64,000 nucleotides of DNA from an uncultured delta proteobacterium (GTDB lineage Bacteria; Desulfobacterota; Desulfobacteria; Desulfobacterales; JAHEIW01). Of the stretch, positions 10,310 to 20,174 are shown piece after piece. The notes beneath the pieces are model-generated. The model saw nothing but the letters and a program-made list of their open reading frames with translations, did not search any database and had not been told where the DNA came from. Position 1 is the stretch's first letter, and every line of letters starts with the position of its first letter. The position numbers and the translations under genes are program-made. The stretch spans positions 114,022 to 178,021 of the forward strand of contig CAVPNL010000002.1 in the NCBI GenBank assembly GCA_963706575.1, read 5' to 3'.

Positions 10310-10438
10310 AATGAGCTAAAATTAAAAATGATCTAAAATGCCTAAAATTGAGGAATTCTGTCATTTTTATTAAAAGATGGAGCTAAGCGACTCCATAATT
10401 TTAGGCACTTTAGCTCATTTTAGGCATTTTAGGCACTT
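10310..10438. repeat. Family-A micro-repeat palindromic element (copy 2), between uvrB and uvrC
   Basis: Left arm ATGAGCTAAA/ATGCCTAAA, core GAATTCTGTCATTT...GGAGCTAAGCGACTCC, right arm TTTAGGCAC/TTTAGCTCAT/TTTAGGCAT. Confidence 0.85.
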
Positions 10439-10445
10439 CACAAAA

Positions 10446-12302
10446 ATGAAGCAATTAACCGAACATAAAACGCAGCCATTGAGCGTTGAGGAAAAATTAT
10501 CCCGAACGGGGCATGAACCCGGCGTGTATCTCCTGAAAGATGAAAATAATGTGATCATCTACATCGGCAAAGCCTTGGATCTTAGAAAACGACTGGCTGC
10601 CTATTTTAAAAACTCAAGACATGCCGACATGAAGACCGGTGTGCTGGTTCACAAAATTTTTGATTTTGACACCATTATCACTGCTAACGAAAAAGAGGCA
10701 CTGATTCTGGAGTCCAATCTGATCAAGCGTCACCGACCCCGTTACAATGTGGTGCTAAAAGACGACAAACGCTATCCATCCTTGAGACTGGATCTAAAGG
10801 GAAAGTATCCCGCTTTTTCCATCGTTCGCAAAATCGGCGAAGACGATGCTTTGTATTTCGGTCCATTTGCTTCGGCCTATGCAGTCCGCGAAACCCTCAA
10901 AACCATAAACAAAACCTTTAAATTGCGAAAATGTCGCGCCAGTGATTTTAAAACACGCACGCGCCCCTGTCTCCACTGCCAGATGGAAGGCTGCCTGGCG
11001 CCTTGTTGCCTGGATGTTGACCCGAAGATCTACCGGGATCACGTTAATGAAGCAATCATGTTTCTCAGGGGTCGCACCACGGATCTGGTAGCCAAGATAA
11101 AAAAGCAAATGGATGCTGCTGCCCGGGCTCAGGAATATGAGAAGGCGGCCCGCATCAGAGACAAAATGTTTTCACTGCAAAGAACAATTGAAAAGCAAAT
11201 CGCTGTTACCACCGATTTTCAGGATCGGGATGTATTTGCGATTGTCAGATCCAACGGCTATGCGCTGGTTACCGTTTTTAATGTTATGGGAGGCTTCATC
11301 AAAGGCACCCGGCATTTTAGTTTTGAAGAGATCATGTCAACCAACGATGAGGCTCTGGGCATCTTTATCCGGCAATACTACGAAAAAACAGTTTTGCTAC
11401 CCAAAGAAATTTTAGTTTCGCTATACCTGCAAGACGCACCATTGATCGAAGAGTGGTTCAGAACGGTTAAAGGCAAAAAGGTAAAAATTCTGAATCCTAA
11501 AAGAGGGGAAAAAGCAAAATTGCTGGCCCTGGTCACTCACAATGCTCAAAAAGAGCTGCGTGAGCTGATAGCCACAAGAACCGTGGAGATGGAATTGCTG
11601 CTGAGGCTTCAAAAAAAGCTTAAATTGCCCAGATTGCCCGAACGGATCGAATGTTTCGATAACTCCAATATATCGGGCACCGAAGCGGTTGCCGGCATGG
11701 TCGTATTTGAAAAAGGCAAAGCCAAAAAGTCGGCATACCGCAAGTTTAAAATTAGAGCCGTACCGACCCACGATGATTATGCGTATATGTCCGAAGTGTT
11801 GAAACGTAGACTGGGGAAATCCGTTTCGCAGCGAAAACCCCAACCGTTTCCGGATTTGTTGATGGTCGACGGCGGCAGGGGACAGCTGAATATTGCTCTG
11901 GCGGTGGTCAAGGAATTATCACTCGAGGGTCAGTTTGAAATAATTGCTATCGCCAAAAAGGATGAAAAAAAGGGCGAGACCCGGGACAAAATATTTAAAC
12001 CGCGCAGGACCAATCCCATTGGTTTCGGCAAAGACGCGGATCTACTTCTTTTCCTGCAACGCATCAGAGACGAAGCGCATCGTTTTGCCATTACATTTCA
12101 CCGCAAGCGCCGGACCAAAACCACGTTGCAGTCTGAACTGGATGCGATACCGAACATCGGCAAAAAACGAAAAGCAATTCTGTTGAGGCATTTCAGAAGC
12201 ATAAAAAAAATCCGGGAAGCAGACATCGAACAACTCAATGCGCTTCCCGGAATTACACGTTCGGCAGCTGAAGCCGTATACAATTATTTTAGTTCAAAAT
12301 AA
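10446..12302 (+). CDS. uvrC: Excinuclease ABC subunit C
   Basis: GIY-YIG (PGVY...IYIGKA), RIECFDNS, DGGRGQL, RIRDEAHRFA, C-terminal HhH; the longer ORF start at 10377 lies in the repeat. Confidence 0.97.
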   Translation: MKQLTEHKTQPLSVEEKLSRTGHEPGVYLLKDENNVIIYIGKALDLRKRLAAYFKNSRHADMKTGVLVHKIFDFDTIITANEKEALILESNLIKRHRPRYNVVLKDDKRYPSLRLDLKGKYPAFSIVRKIGEDDALYFGPFASAYAVRETLKTINKTFKLRKCRASDFKTRTRPCLHCQMEGCLAPCCLDVDPKIYRDHVNEAIMFLRGRTTDLVAKIKKQMDAAARAQEYEKAARIRDKMFSLQRTIEKQIAVTTDFQDRDVFAIVRSNGYALVTVFNVMGGFIKGTRHFSFEEIMSTNDEALGIFIRQYYEKTVLLPKEILVSLYLQDAPLIEEWFRTVKGKKVKILNPKRGEKAKLLALVTHNAQKELRELIATRTVEMELLLRLQKKLKLPRLPERIECFDNSNISGTEAVAGMVVFEKGKAKKSAYRKFKIRAVPTHDDYAYMSEVLKRRLGKSVSQRKPQPFPDLLMVDGGRGQLNIALAVVKELSLEGQFEIIAIAKKDEKKGETRDKIFKPRRTNPIGFGKDADLLLFLQRIRDEAHRFAITFHRKRRTKTTLQSELDAIPNIGKKRKAILLRHFRSIKKIREADIEQLNALPGITRSAAEAVYNYFSSK

Positions 12303-12307
12303 TTGTA

Positions 12308-12512
12308 GGTCTCAGGTTTCGGGTGTCAGGATTCAGAAGACAGAGGTCAAGAGTCCGTGAACAGAGTAGGGCTGCCCTCTGCGGCTGCCTTTTACGACGG
12401 CTGGCACAGAGGCCAGCCCTACTTCATCATTCGAAATTTCGTGTTCGATACTTAAAATAGGCCAAATAGATCGGCCCTCCGGGCCAAAGACTGAGACCTG
12501 AAACCTGACACC
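12308..12512. repeat. Inverted heptamer-array element (GGTxTCA) between convergent uvrC and mdh
   Basis: Left GGTCTCAGGTTTCGGGTGTCAGG, right CTGAGACCTGAAACCTGACACC. Confidence 0.75.
12366..12422. repeat. GTAG-type REP-like element nested in the heptamer element
   Basis: GTAGGGCTGCC...GGCACAGAGGCCAGCCCTAC with GTAGGG/CCCTAC termini; related copy at 19297-19348. Confidence 0.65.
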
Positions 12513-12522
12513 TTATCTTAAA

Positions 12523-13473
<951 letters not shown>

Positions 13474-13827
13474 TTAACAATCTAAATGGGTTAGGGGGAA
13501 AAAATAGTTTGATATACCCTTGCCGGGTGTTGCAGAAAAGGTACAGTGATTAGCATAATTTCCAATATTGTCAACCGATTTATCTGGTTCTCAAATGTTG
13601 ACAGGAAGCACAAAAATAGGATAAATTATAATTACTTCAGACAAATTCGGGCTCTTTTTAAGGTTGACAAAATAGCCTTTGCGAATAGAAACACATGGTC
13701 TCTTGGTGCTGGCCGGTTTATTTTGCGGTTTGCCGTCGTTAACTATTCTATATCTAAAGAAAATGTGGTTTTGACCCGATATAGTATTGATGAGTTCAAT
13801 ATTTTCGGAATCTAGAGTGTTCCATTT

Positions 13828-14433
13828 ATGGCTATTGTTAATCTAAAAAAAAGACAGATTGAATGCAAAATCGTTTATTATGGCCCGGGGCGTTGCGGAA
13901 AGACAACGAACCTCGAATATATCCATAAGAGTTTTAAAAATCAAGTGATGGGAGAAATGGTTTCCATCAACACCGATGGAGACCGGACGCTTTTCTTTGA
14001 TTTTTTGCCATTGAACCTGGGTAAAGTAAAAGGTTGTGACCTTCGCGTTCAATTATACACAGTTCCCGGACAGGTCCGCTACAGTTCTACCCGTAAACTG
14101 GTGTTGAGGGGGGCCGACGGCGTTATTTTTGTGGCCGATTCGCTGGAGGTTCGGCGGGAAAAAAATATGATGGCCCTCAAAGATCTGGCGCAAAACCTCA
14201 AAGATTACGGCTTGAGCATTTTCAAAGTACCGTTGGTGTTGCAATACAACAAAAGAGATCTTGCCGCAGAGAATATTTCCATCATGGATCTTAAGAAAAT
14301 GGAGCATGATCTCAATCGACAATTGAAGGTTCCTTCTTTTCCCGGCGCTGCCTTAAAAGGGGAGGGTGTCGGCAAAACCCTGCATGCCTGCCTGAAGCTT
14401 GTCATGCAATCGGTCCAAAGCGAATTTACTTAA
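13828..14433 (+). CDS. MglA-family small Ras-like GTPase
   Basis: KIVYYGPGRCGKTTN, DRTLFFD, TVPGQ, QYNKRD. Confidence 0.9.
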   Translation: MAIVNLKKRQIECKIVYYGPGRCGKTTNLEYIHKSFKNQVMGEMVSINTDGDRTLFFDFLPLNLGKVKGCDLRVQLYTVPGQVRYSSTRKLVLRGADGVIFVADSLEVRREKNMMALKDLAQNLKDYGLSIFKVPLVLQYNKRDLAAENISIMDLKKMEHDLNRQLKVPSFPGAALKGEGVGKTLHACLKLVMQSVQSEFT

Positions 14434-14448
14434 GTCGTTGATCAACTT

Positions 14449-15618
14449 ATGAATAACACTGTGTCGCTATCAGGAAGCCTGGATTTTCTGAATTTAGGTG
14501 AATTATTAAACTTGCTTGGCACCAACGGCAGCTCCGGTGTGCTGCACGTCAAAAGTAACCATTCGTCAGAACCCGGACTGGTGTATCTGGATAAAGGAAA
14601 TCCGATAAATGCGGTCAACGGTTCGTTTACCGGACTGGATGCCGTTTTTTCCCTGTTTGGTTGGACCGATGGCCATTTTGAGTTTGTCCAGGAAGATGTT
14701 ACCTGTGAGAAAGCGATTACTAAAAGTCGTATGGAAATTATTCTGGACGGGCTCCGATTGCTGGATGAAGGCAAGATCAAAAAGCTGGGACCCGCCACGG
14801 CAGCAAAAACTTCGCCTGAAACTAAAGCTGTATCCGGTAAACTGCCTTTAATCAAAGGGCCTCTGGTCGATTATTCATATGTCGTAGACGAAGAAGGATT
14901 TTATGACGGTGATGAGATCGTTCAGGAAGGCAACCACGGTGACTGGATATGGGTCATCTTAGAGGGTACAGCTGAGGTCATAAAAGAGGCCGAAGGCGGC
15001 CCGATCGAAATATTAAGGATTGGCGATGGTGCATTTCTGGGCAGTGTTGCCGCTCTAATTTCCGGTGGCAGAGTGCGCAGCGCAACCATCAAAGCTGTCG
15101 GCAACGTGCAATTGGGAATGCTCGATTCACAGCTGCTTGCCAATGAACTCGCCAATGTGTCCCCTGAATTCAAAAGCCTGTTAACCAGCATCGATGCTCG
15201 CTTGAGGCAGATTATCGAGATGGCCGTTGCCTATAAAAAAAATAATAACCATTTCGATGATCTAATTAAAAACAAAAAACAACTGATCCAACAGGGTCAA
15301 AAAGAAGAACGCTTATTCACCATTAAGGATGGAGAGGCGATTATCGCCCGGCAATCCGACAACGGTTATGTACCGCTTGTACGATTGAAAAAGGGGGATT
15401 ATTTCGGAAAAATTCCTTTTTTGGATTTGGGCCATGAACCGTACTCCGCTGCCGTATTTTCATCGGAAAATCTCAAGTTAGCGGCTGTTAACGCTGAAAA
15501 GCTGAAATCGGAACATGAAGGACTGTCTTCCACCCTTAAAAATATCATTGAACACCTGGCGACTTCAGTTTCGGTAACCACTGTGGTTACCTGTGATTAT
15601 AAAAAAAAGCAGGCCTAA
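14449..15618 (+). CDS. DUF4388 (PATAN-like) domain plus two cNMP-binding-like domains
   Basis: LSGSLDFLNLGELLNLL...SGVLHV...WTDGHFEF; then EIVQEG..GDWIWVILEG...RSAT and LIQQG...LFTIKDG...GDYFG. Confidence 0.8.
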   Translation: MNNTVSLSGSLDFLNLGELLNLLGTNGSSGVLHVKSNHSSEPGLVYLDKGNPINAVNGSFTGLDAVFSLFGWTDGHFEFVQEDVTCEKAITKSRMEIILDGLRLLDEGKIKKLGPATAAKTSPETKAVSGKLPLIKGPLVDYSYVVDEEGFYDGDEIVQEGNHGDWIWVILEGTAEVIKEAEGGPIEILRIGDGAFLGSVAALISGGRVRSATIKAVGNVQLGMLDSQLLANELANVSPEFKSLLTSIDARLRQIIEMAVAYKKNNNHFDDLIKNKKQLIQQGQKEERLFTIKDGEAIIARQSDNGYVPLVRLKKGDYFGKIPFLDLGHEPYSAAVFSSENLKLAAVNAEKLKSEHEGLSSTLKNIIEHLATSVSVTTVVTCDYKKKQA

Positions 15619-15665
15619 AAAAAGTGCCGGCTTAAAACGAAAACTGACAAACTGACGTGAGGGCC

Positions 15666-16013
15666 ATGTCTATCCAAGAGAAAAGAAAACACACTCGGAT
15701 CAACTCACTGAATCTTTCATACGTATGTTTGGATGAAAATAACGAAATTATCAAGCAGGGGATGGGACGGTCCCTTAATGTGTCCGAATCCGGCATCCTG
15801 CTGGAAACTCACTTTCCTATTGATGACCAGCATATCGTCACGCTGACACTCGGGTTAGAAGAGGATCTGATCGATGTAAAAGGACGTCCGGTGCATACCC
15901 GCATAAATGATGCGGGAAAGTATGAAGTGGGCATCGAGTTTCTCAAATCCGATGCGAAGACCCACAAAGCCCTTAAGAAATTCATCGATACGTATCAGAA
16001 AAAACCCAAATAA
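15666..16013 (+). CDS. PilZ-domain protein
   Basis: EKRKHTR (RxxxR), NVSESG (D/NxSxxG), YEVGIEF. Confidence 0.85.
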   Translation: MSIQEKRKHTRINSLNLSYVCLDENNEIIKQGMGRSLNVSESGILLETHFPIDDQHIVTLTLGLEEDLIDVKGRPVHTRINDAGKYEVGIEFLKSDAKTHKALKKFIDTYQKKPK

Positions 16014-16167
16014 TCGAAAAATCAAAAAAATAACCTAATTTATCACCTGCCTCTTGACCTTCACCCCATAATATCCCATATAAATACGTCCAAGTCTTGA
16101 CCGTGCGCTGCTATTTGGGATTTTAATCAATATCTTAATTAAATGTGTCAAAGAGAGGGTTGATATC

Positions 16168-17064
16168 ATGAATAAAACCATCAGCGAGACTGACTTTGCG
16201 GAACTGAAACTTTTGAAACGCGGTAAGGTTCGGGATGTATACGATCTGGGAGAACATCTTTTGATGGTCGTAACAGACCGTATTTCCGCATTTGATGTGG
16301 TTATGCCGAATCCCGTTCCCGACAAGGGAATTATCTTAACCCAAATTTCCTTGTTCTGGTTTGATATTATGCAGCCGCTGATTCAGAATCATATTGTCGC
16401 CAGGGACGTGAAACACTACCCGGAGATTTGTCAGCCGTATGCAGACGCTTTACAGGGTCGAAGCATGCTGGTTAAAAAGGCACAGCCGCTGCCGGTTGAA
16501 TGCATCGTCAGAGGTTATATTTCGGGCTCAGGCTGGAAAGAATATTCGGATACAGGCAGCATTTGCGGTATCGCATTGCCACAGGGATTGCAGGAATCCC
16601 AGCAATTGCCGGAACCTATTTTCACGCCGTCGACCAAAGCCGAGCAGGGTGAACATGATATCAATATTGATTTTAACGAAACCGCCAATCTAATCGGCAA
16701 GGCAAAGGCGGAAAAGATCCGGGATCTCAGCGTTGCAATTTACAAAAAGGGAGCAGCACTGGCGGATCAAAAGGGAATAATCATTGCAGATACCAAGTTT
16801 GAATTCGGTTGGGTTGGTGACGACATCATCCTGATCGATGAAATTTTAACTCCGGACTCATCGCGTTTCTGGCCCAAGGAGAGCTACAACCCGGGTGGGC
16901 CTCAAAAAAGCTATGATAAGCAGTATCTTCGCGATTATCTGAGTACATTAGACTGGGATAAGAAAGCGCCCGGCCCCGCACTGCCCGATGATGTGATCGC
17001 AAATACCCGTCAGAAATATCTGGATGCCTTAATCCAGCTTAGCGGCAGCAGCCATGGACTCTAA
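16168..17064 (+). CDS. purC: SAICAR synthase
   Basis: [45 protein letters not shown]. Confidence 0.97.
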   Translation: MNKTISETDFAELKLLKRGKVRDVYDLGEHLLMVVTDRISAFDVVMPNPVPDKGIILTQISLFWFDIMQPLIQNHIVARDVKHYPEICQPYADALQGRSMLVKKAQPLPVECIVRGYISGSGWKEYSDTGSICGIALPQGLQESQQLPEPIFTPSTKAEQGEHDINIDFNETANLIGKAKAEKIRDLSVAIYKKGAALADQKGIIIADTKFEFGWVGDDIILIDEILTPDSSRFWPKESYNPGGPQKSYDKQYLRDYLSTLDWDKKAPGPALPDDVIANTRQKYLDALIQLSGSSHGL

Positions 17065-18061
17065 TTTATCTGATGATCGGAAGGCCTCCCAGGAGATACC
17101 GTCCGATCATACCGTCAGGTACCGGACGATTTCAGCGGTTGACATCGATACCGAAGATCTGACTTTTCGCATCACCACCAGAAGCGACATCGAAGACCTG
17201 CTGGGTTCGATTCAGAAAATCGGATTGATTCAGCCGCCGGTGTTGATAGCGAATTCGTCAGGATATACCATTGTTTGCGGGTTTCGTCGGATTGCCGCAT
17301 GCCGCAAATTAGGCTGGGCCCGGATAACAGCCCGAGTTTTTGAAAAAAACGTTGGTCGCTTCAAAACAGCTCAGTTGTCAATTGCCGACAATGCGCTTCA
17401 GCGATCACTCAATCTGGTGGAGATATCCCGGGCCTTGAAACTGCTGGACGATTTTGGCCCGGACAATCAACAGCGCAGAGAAGCGACTGAGGCACTGGGC
17501 TTGCCGGTTAGCCGATCTGTAGTCCCGGCAATAAAAAAAATTTGCCGGCTGCCGTTGCCGGTTCAAGAAGGCATTCTGAGAGAGACCATCAATCTATCGA
17601 TGGCGTTGGAGTTGGGTGGATTGCAGCCGGCAACTGCCGGGGATCTGGCCCGGCTATTCGATCAGCTTAAAGTGGGTTTGAACAAACAAAGAGAATTGCT
17701 TTTGCTGCTCAAAGAAATTGCCGAGCGGGAAGACACTGCCATCCCGCAGCTGATTGCAGAAAAACCCTTGCAGGAAATTCTAAAAACCGCTGAAATGGAT
17801 AGGGCGCTAAAGCGACAAAAAGTTCGATCCTATCTTAGACGGCGCCGCTTTCCCGCTATTACCAAAGCCGAAACAGATTATCACAAGTGGGTCGGACAGC
17901 TTAAACTGGGAAACAATATTCATCTGATTCCGCCCAAAGATTTTGAAGGCAACACGTTTAGCATGACCCTGCGTTTTAATAATCGCCAGGACCTCAGCGA
18001 TCTGAATAAAAAAATTGAGGAAATAATTCAACACCCCGCAATTGGTAAAATCCTCGACTGA
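17054..18061 (+). CDS. ParB N-terminal (ParBc/sulfiredoxin-like) domain protein
   Basis: [38 protein letters not shown]; overlaps the purC stop by 11 nt; no parA nearby. Confidence 0.75.
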   Translation: MDSNLSDDRKASQEIPSDHTVRYRTISAVDIDTEDLTFRITTRSDIEDLLGSIQKIGLIQPPVLIANSSGYTIVCGFRRIAACRKLGWARITARVFEKNVGRFKTAQLSIADNALQRSLNLVEISRALKLLDDFGPDNQQRREATEALGLPVSRSVVPAIKKICRLPLPVQEGILRETINLSMALELGGLQPATAGDLARLFDQLKVGLNKQRELLLLLKEIAEREDTAIPQLIAEKPLQEILKTAEMDRALKRQKVRSYLRRRRFPAITKAETDYHKWVGQLKLGNNIHLIPPKDFEGNTFSMTLRFNNRQDLSDLNKKIEEIIQHPAIGKILD

Positions 18062-18063
18062 TA

Positions 18064-19173
18064 ATGCGAATCTCAAAGCTTTTCATCAACCGGCAAGTTG
18101 CCGACCACCCTGTCACCCGATCCATCCAGTCGCGTCTGAAACTGTCTCCTGAAGTGGTCCGCGATGCACAACAGGCTTATGAAGCCGTTTCATCAGCTCC
18201 GGATCCGGTGCAGCAGGGCAAGGAAACCCTTTACCTGACCCGAAACCGCGGCGCTTTTTTGAAAAAGTGCCCGGGAACCCGTCATTATACCTGCTGCGAC
18301 TATCAGATCCTGCACATTGGCAGTTTCTGCCATATGGATTGCACTTATTGTGTTTTGCAGACCTACTTTCATCCTCCTATTCTCCAGTATTTTGTAAACC
18401 ATGAAGACTTAATGGCAGAATTGGACACGGCTTTGGGGAAATCGCAAAATAAAATCCGTCGAATCGGTACCGGTGAGTTTACCGACAGTCTGATCTGGGA
18501 GTTATGGACCGATGTATCGCATCTATTGATTCAACGCTTTGCTGCCCAGAAGCATGCGGTCCTTGAACTAAAAACGAAAACAACCACTATCGAGCGATTG
18601 CAAAATCTGAAGCATAACCGTAAGACCATTGCGGCTTGGTCTCTGAATACCAAGCATATTATCCATACGCAAGAACGTGCGACAGCCAGTCTGACTGCAA
18701 GACTCAAAGCCGCCGCCAGCTGTGAATCCTGGGAATATCCCCTGGCTTTTCATTTTGATCCTCTGATCCTTTATGATGGCTGTGAAGAAGATTACACCCG
18801 GGTCATTGAACGCCTTTATTCACATGTTTCAGCCGACAGCATTGTGTGGATCAGCCTGGGCTCCCTGCGGTTTCCACCATCGATTAAAACCGTAATTCAG
18901 AAACGGTTTCCGGATTCTAAAATCATATACGAAGAATTCATCAAAGGTCCTGACGGCAAAATGCGCTATTTTAAGCCGCTGCGAATTAACCTGTACCGCA
19001 AAGTCGTCGAATGCATCCGGGATCATGCGCCGGATGCAGTCGTCTACCTGTGCATGGAGGATGATGAAGTCTGGCAAAAATCAATGGGTTTTATACCCGA
19101 TGACATTGGCGGATTATCGCATATGCTGGATGTGAGTGCCGCGCGGCATTGCAATCTCAAGCTTGGTGAATAG
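18064..19173 (+). CDS. Spore photoproduct lyase-like radical SAM protein
   Basis: CHMDCTYC (CxxxCxxC), GEFTDSL, ELKTK, AWSLN, FHFDP, GKMRY, YLCME. Confidence 0.8.
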   Translation: MRISKLFINRQVADHPVTRSIQSRLKLSPEVVRDAQQAYEAVSSAPDPVQQGKETLYLTRNRGAFLKKCPGTRHYTCCDYQILHIGSFCHMDCTYCVLQTYFHPPILQYFVNHEDLMAELDTALGKSQNKIRRIGTGEFTDSLIWELWTDVSHLLIQRFAAQKHAVLELKTKTTTIERLQNLKHNRKTIAAWSLNTKHIIHTQERATASLTARLKAAASCESWEYPLAFHFDPLILYDGCEEDYTRVIERLYSHVSADSIVWISLGSLRFPPSIKTVIQKRFPDSKIIYEEFIKGPDGKMRYFKPLRINLYRKVVECIRDHAPDAVVYLCMEDDEVWQKSMGFIPDDIGGLSHMLDVSAARHCNLKLGE

Positions 19174-19207
19174 ATGATCGCTTGTTGCTATCAAATGGCC
19201 CCAAATA

Positions 19208-19355
19208 GTTTTCAGGTGTCAGGTTTCGGGCCTTCGCCGCGCCGAAGCGGCTACGGCCGCGCAGGCGGGTGTCAGGAAACAGATGAAAATCGGAAAGTAG
19301 GGCAGCCCACCGTGGCTGCCATCTGAGGCCGGCACAGTGGCCGGCCCTGAAACCT
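19208..19355. repeat. Heptamer-array element with nested palindromes, including a GTAG-type REP-like copy at 19297-19348
   Basis: TTCAGGTGTCAGGTTTCGGG ... GGTGTCAGG ... CCTGAAACC; inner GC-rich CCTTCGCCGCGCCGAAGCGGCTACGG and GTAGGGCAGCC...GGCACAGTGGCCGGCCCT. Confidence 0.7.
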
Positions 19356-19380
19356 TATAAAGCCTGGGTCCGAAAAATTT

Positions 19381-20025
19381 ATGAAAAGAATCATTACGAT
19401 AACATTGGCTTGTTTAGTGTTTCTTCTATTCCAACAGAATGGTACAGCCGATACCTGGAATCAGGTAAAATGGGTTATTGATGGTGACACGGTGGTTTTG
19501 GTTGACGAGCAAAAGGTGCGTTATATCGGAATTAACGCCCCCGAACTGGCACACGACGATCATAGTGCCGAACCTTATGGGGAAGCGTCAAAAAGATTTA
19601 ACGCCTTGCTGGTGAATCGCAAAAAAGTGCGTCTGGAATTCGACAAAGAGCGCTTCGATCGCTACCAACGACTGCTTGCTTATGTCTTTTTGATAAACGC
19701 CACCTTTGTAAATGCCGAAATGCTTGCAAACGGTTACGCCTATCTTCTGTGGCACCGGCCCAATTTGAAATACGATGAGACGCTGCTGCAGTCACAGCGG
19801 TCGGCTATGTCAGAAAAAAAAGGGATCTGGCAAAATTGGAAGGAAAACAAAAACACGATGGTCGGCAACAAAAACTCCCACCGTTTCCATCTGCCTACCT
19901 GCCCGTACGGCAAGCAAATTAAACCCCGGAACCGAATTGTTTTTCAGAAAAAATGGGATGCATACTGGGAAGGCTACGCACCTGCGAAACGATGCATGCC
20001 TGTTTTTACAATACCGAGGGATTAA
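19381..20025 (+). CDS. Exported thermonuclease (SNase) with C-terminal Ada-like metal-binding domain
   Basis: Signal peptide; VIDGDT, VRYIGINAPE, DRYQRLLAYV; C-terminal VGNKNSHRFHLPTC...GYAPAKRC. Confidence 0.85.
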   Translation: MKRIITITLACLVFLLFQQNGTADTWNQVKWVIDGDTVVLVDEQKVRYIGINAPELAHDDHSAEPYGEASKRFNALLVNRKKVRLEFDKERFDRYQRLLAYVFLINATFVNAEMLANGYAYLLWHRPNLKYDETLLQSQRSAMSEKKGIWQNWKENKNTMVGNKNSHRFHLPTCPYGKQIKPRNRIVFQKKWDAYWEGYAPAKRCMPVFTIPRD

Positions 20026-20077
20026 TTTGGCTGCTCGATATTTGCAAGAGGATTCACTTTTTGGGCGACTGTCTACT

Positions 20078-20172
20078 GGTTCCGGGATTCAGAGTTCAAA
20101 GGTTCAGAGGTTAGATAACAGAAGACAGATGCCAGAAACCCTTGAACCCTGAACCTCTGAACCTTATAACCT
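20078..20172. repeat. Inverted octamer-array element (GGTTCAGA/TCTGAACC) between convergent genes
   Basis: Left GGTTCCGGGATTCAGAGTTCAAAGGTTCAGAGGTT, right AACCCTTGAACCCTGAACCTCTGAACC. Confidence 0.75.
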
Positions 20173-20174
20173 TC

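Noticed and set aside
10377..10445. N-terminal extension of UvrC (MELSDS...HFRHFRHF)
   Set aside because: It is the translation of the family-A repeat arm; ATG 10446 is the more plausible start.
17054..18061. Chromosome or plasmid partition locus
   Set aside because: I found no parA, parS-like palindrome or replication gene nearby.
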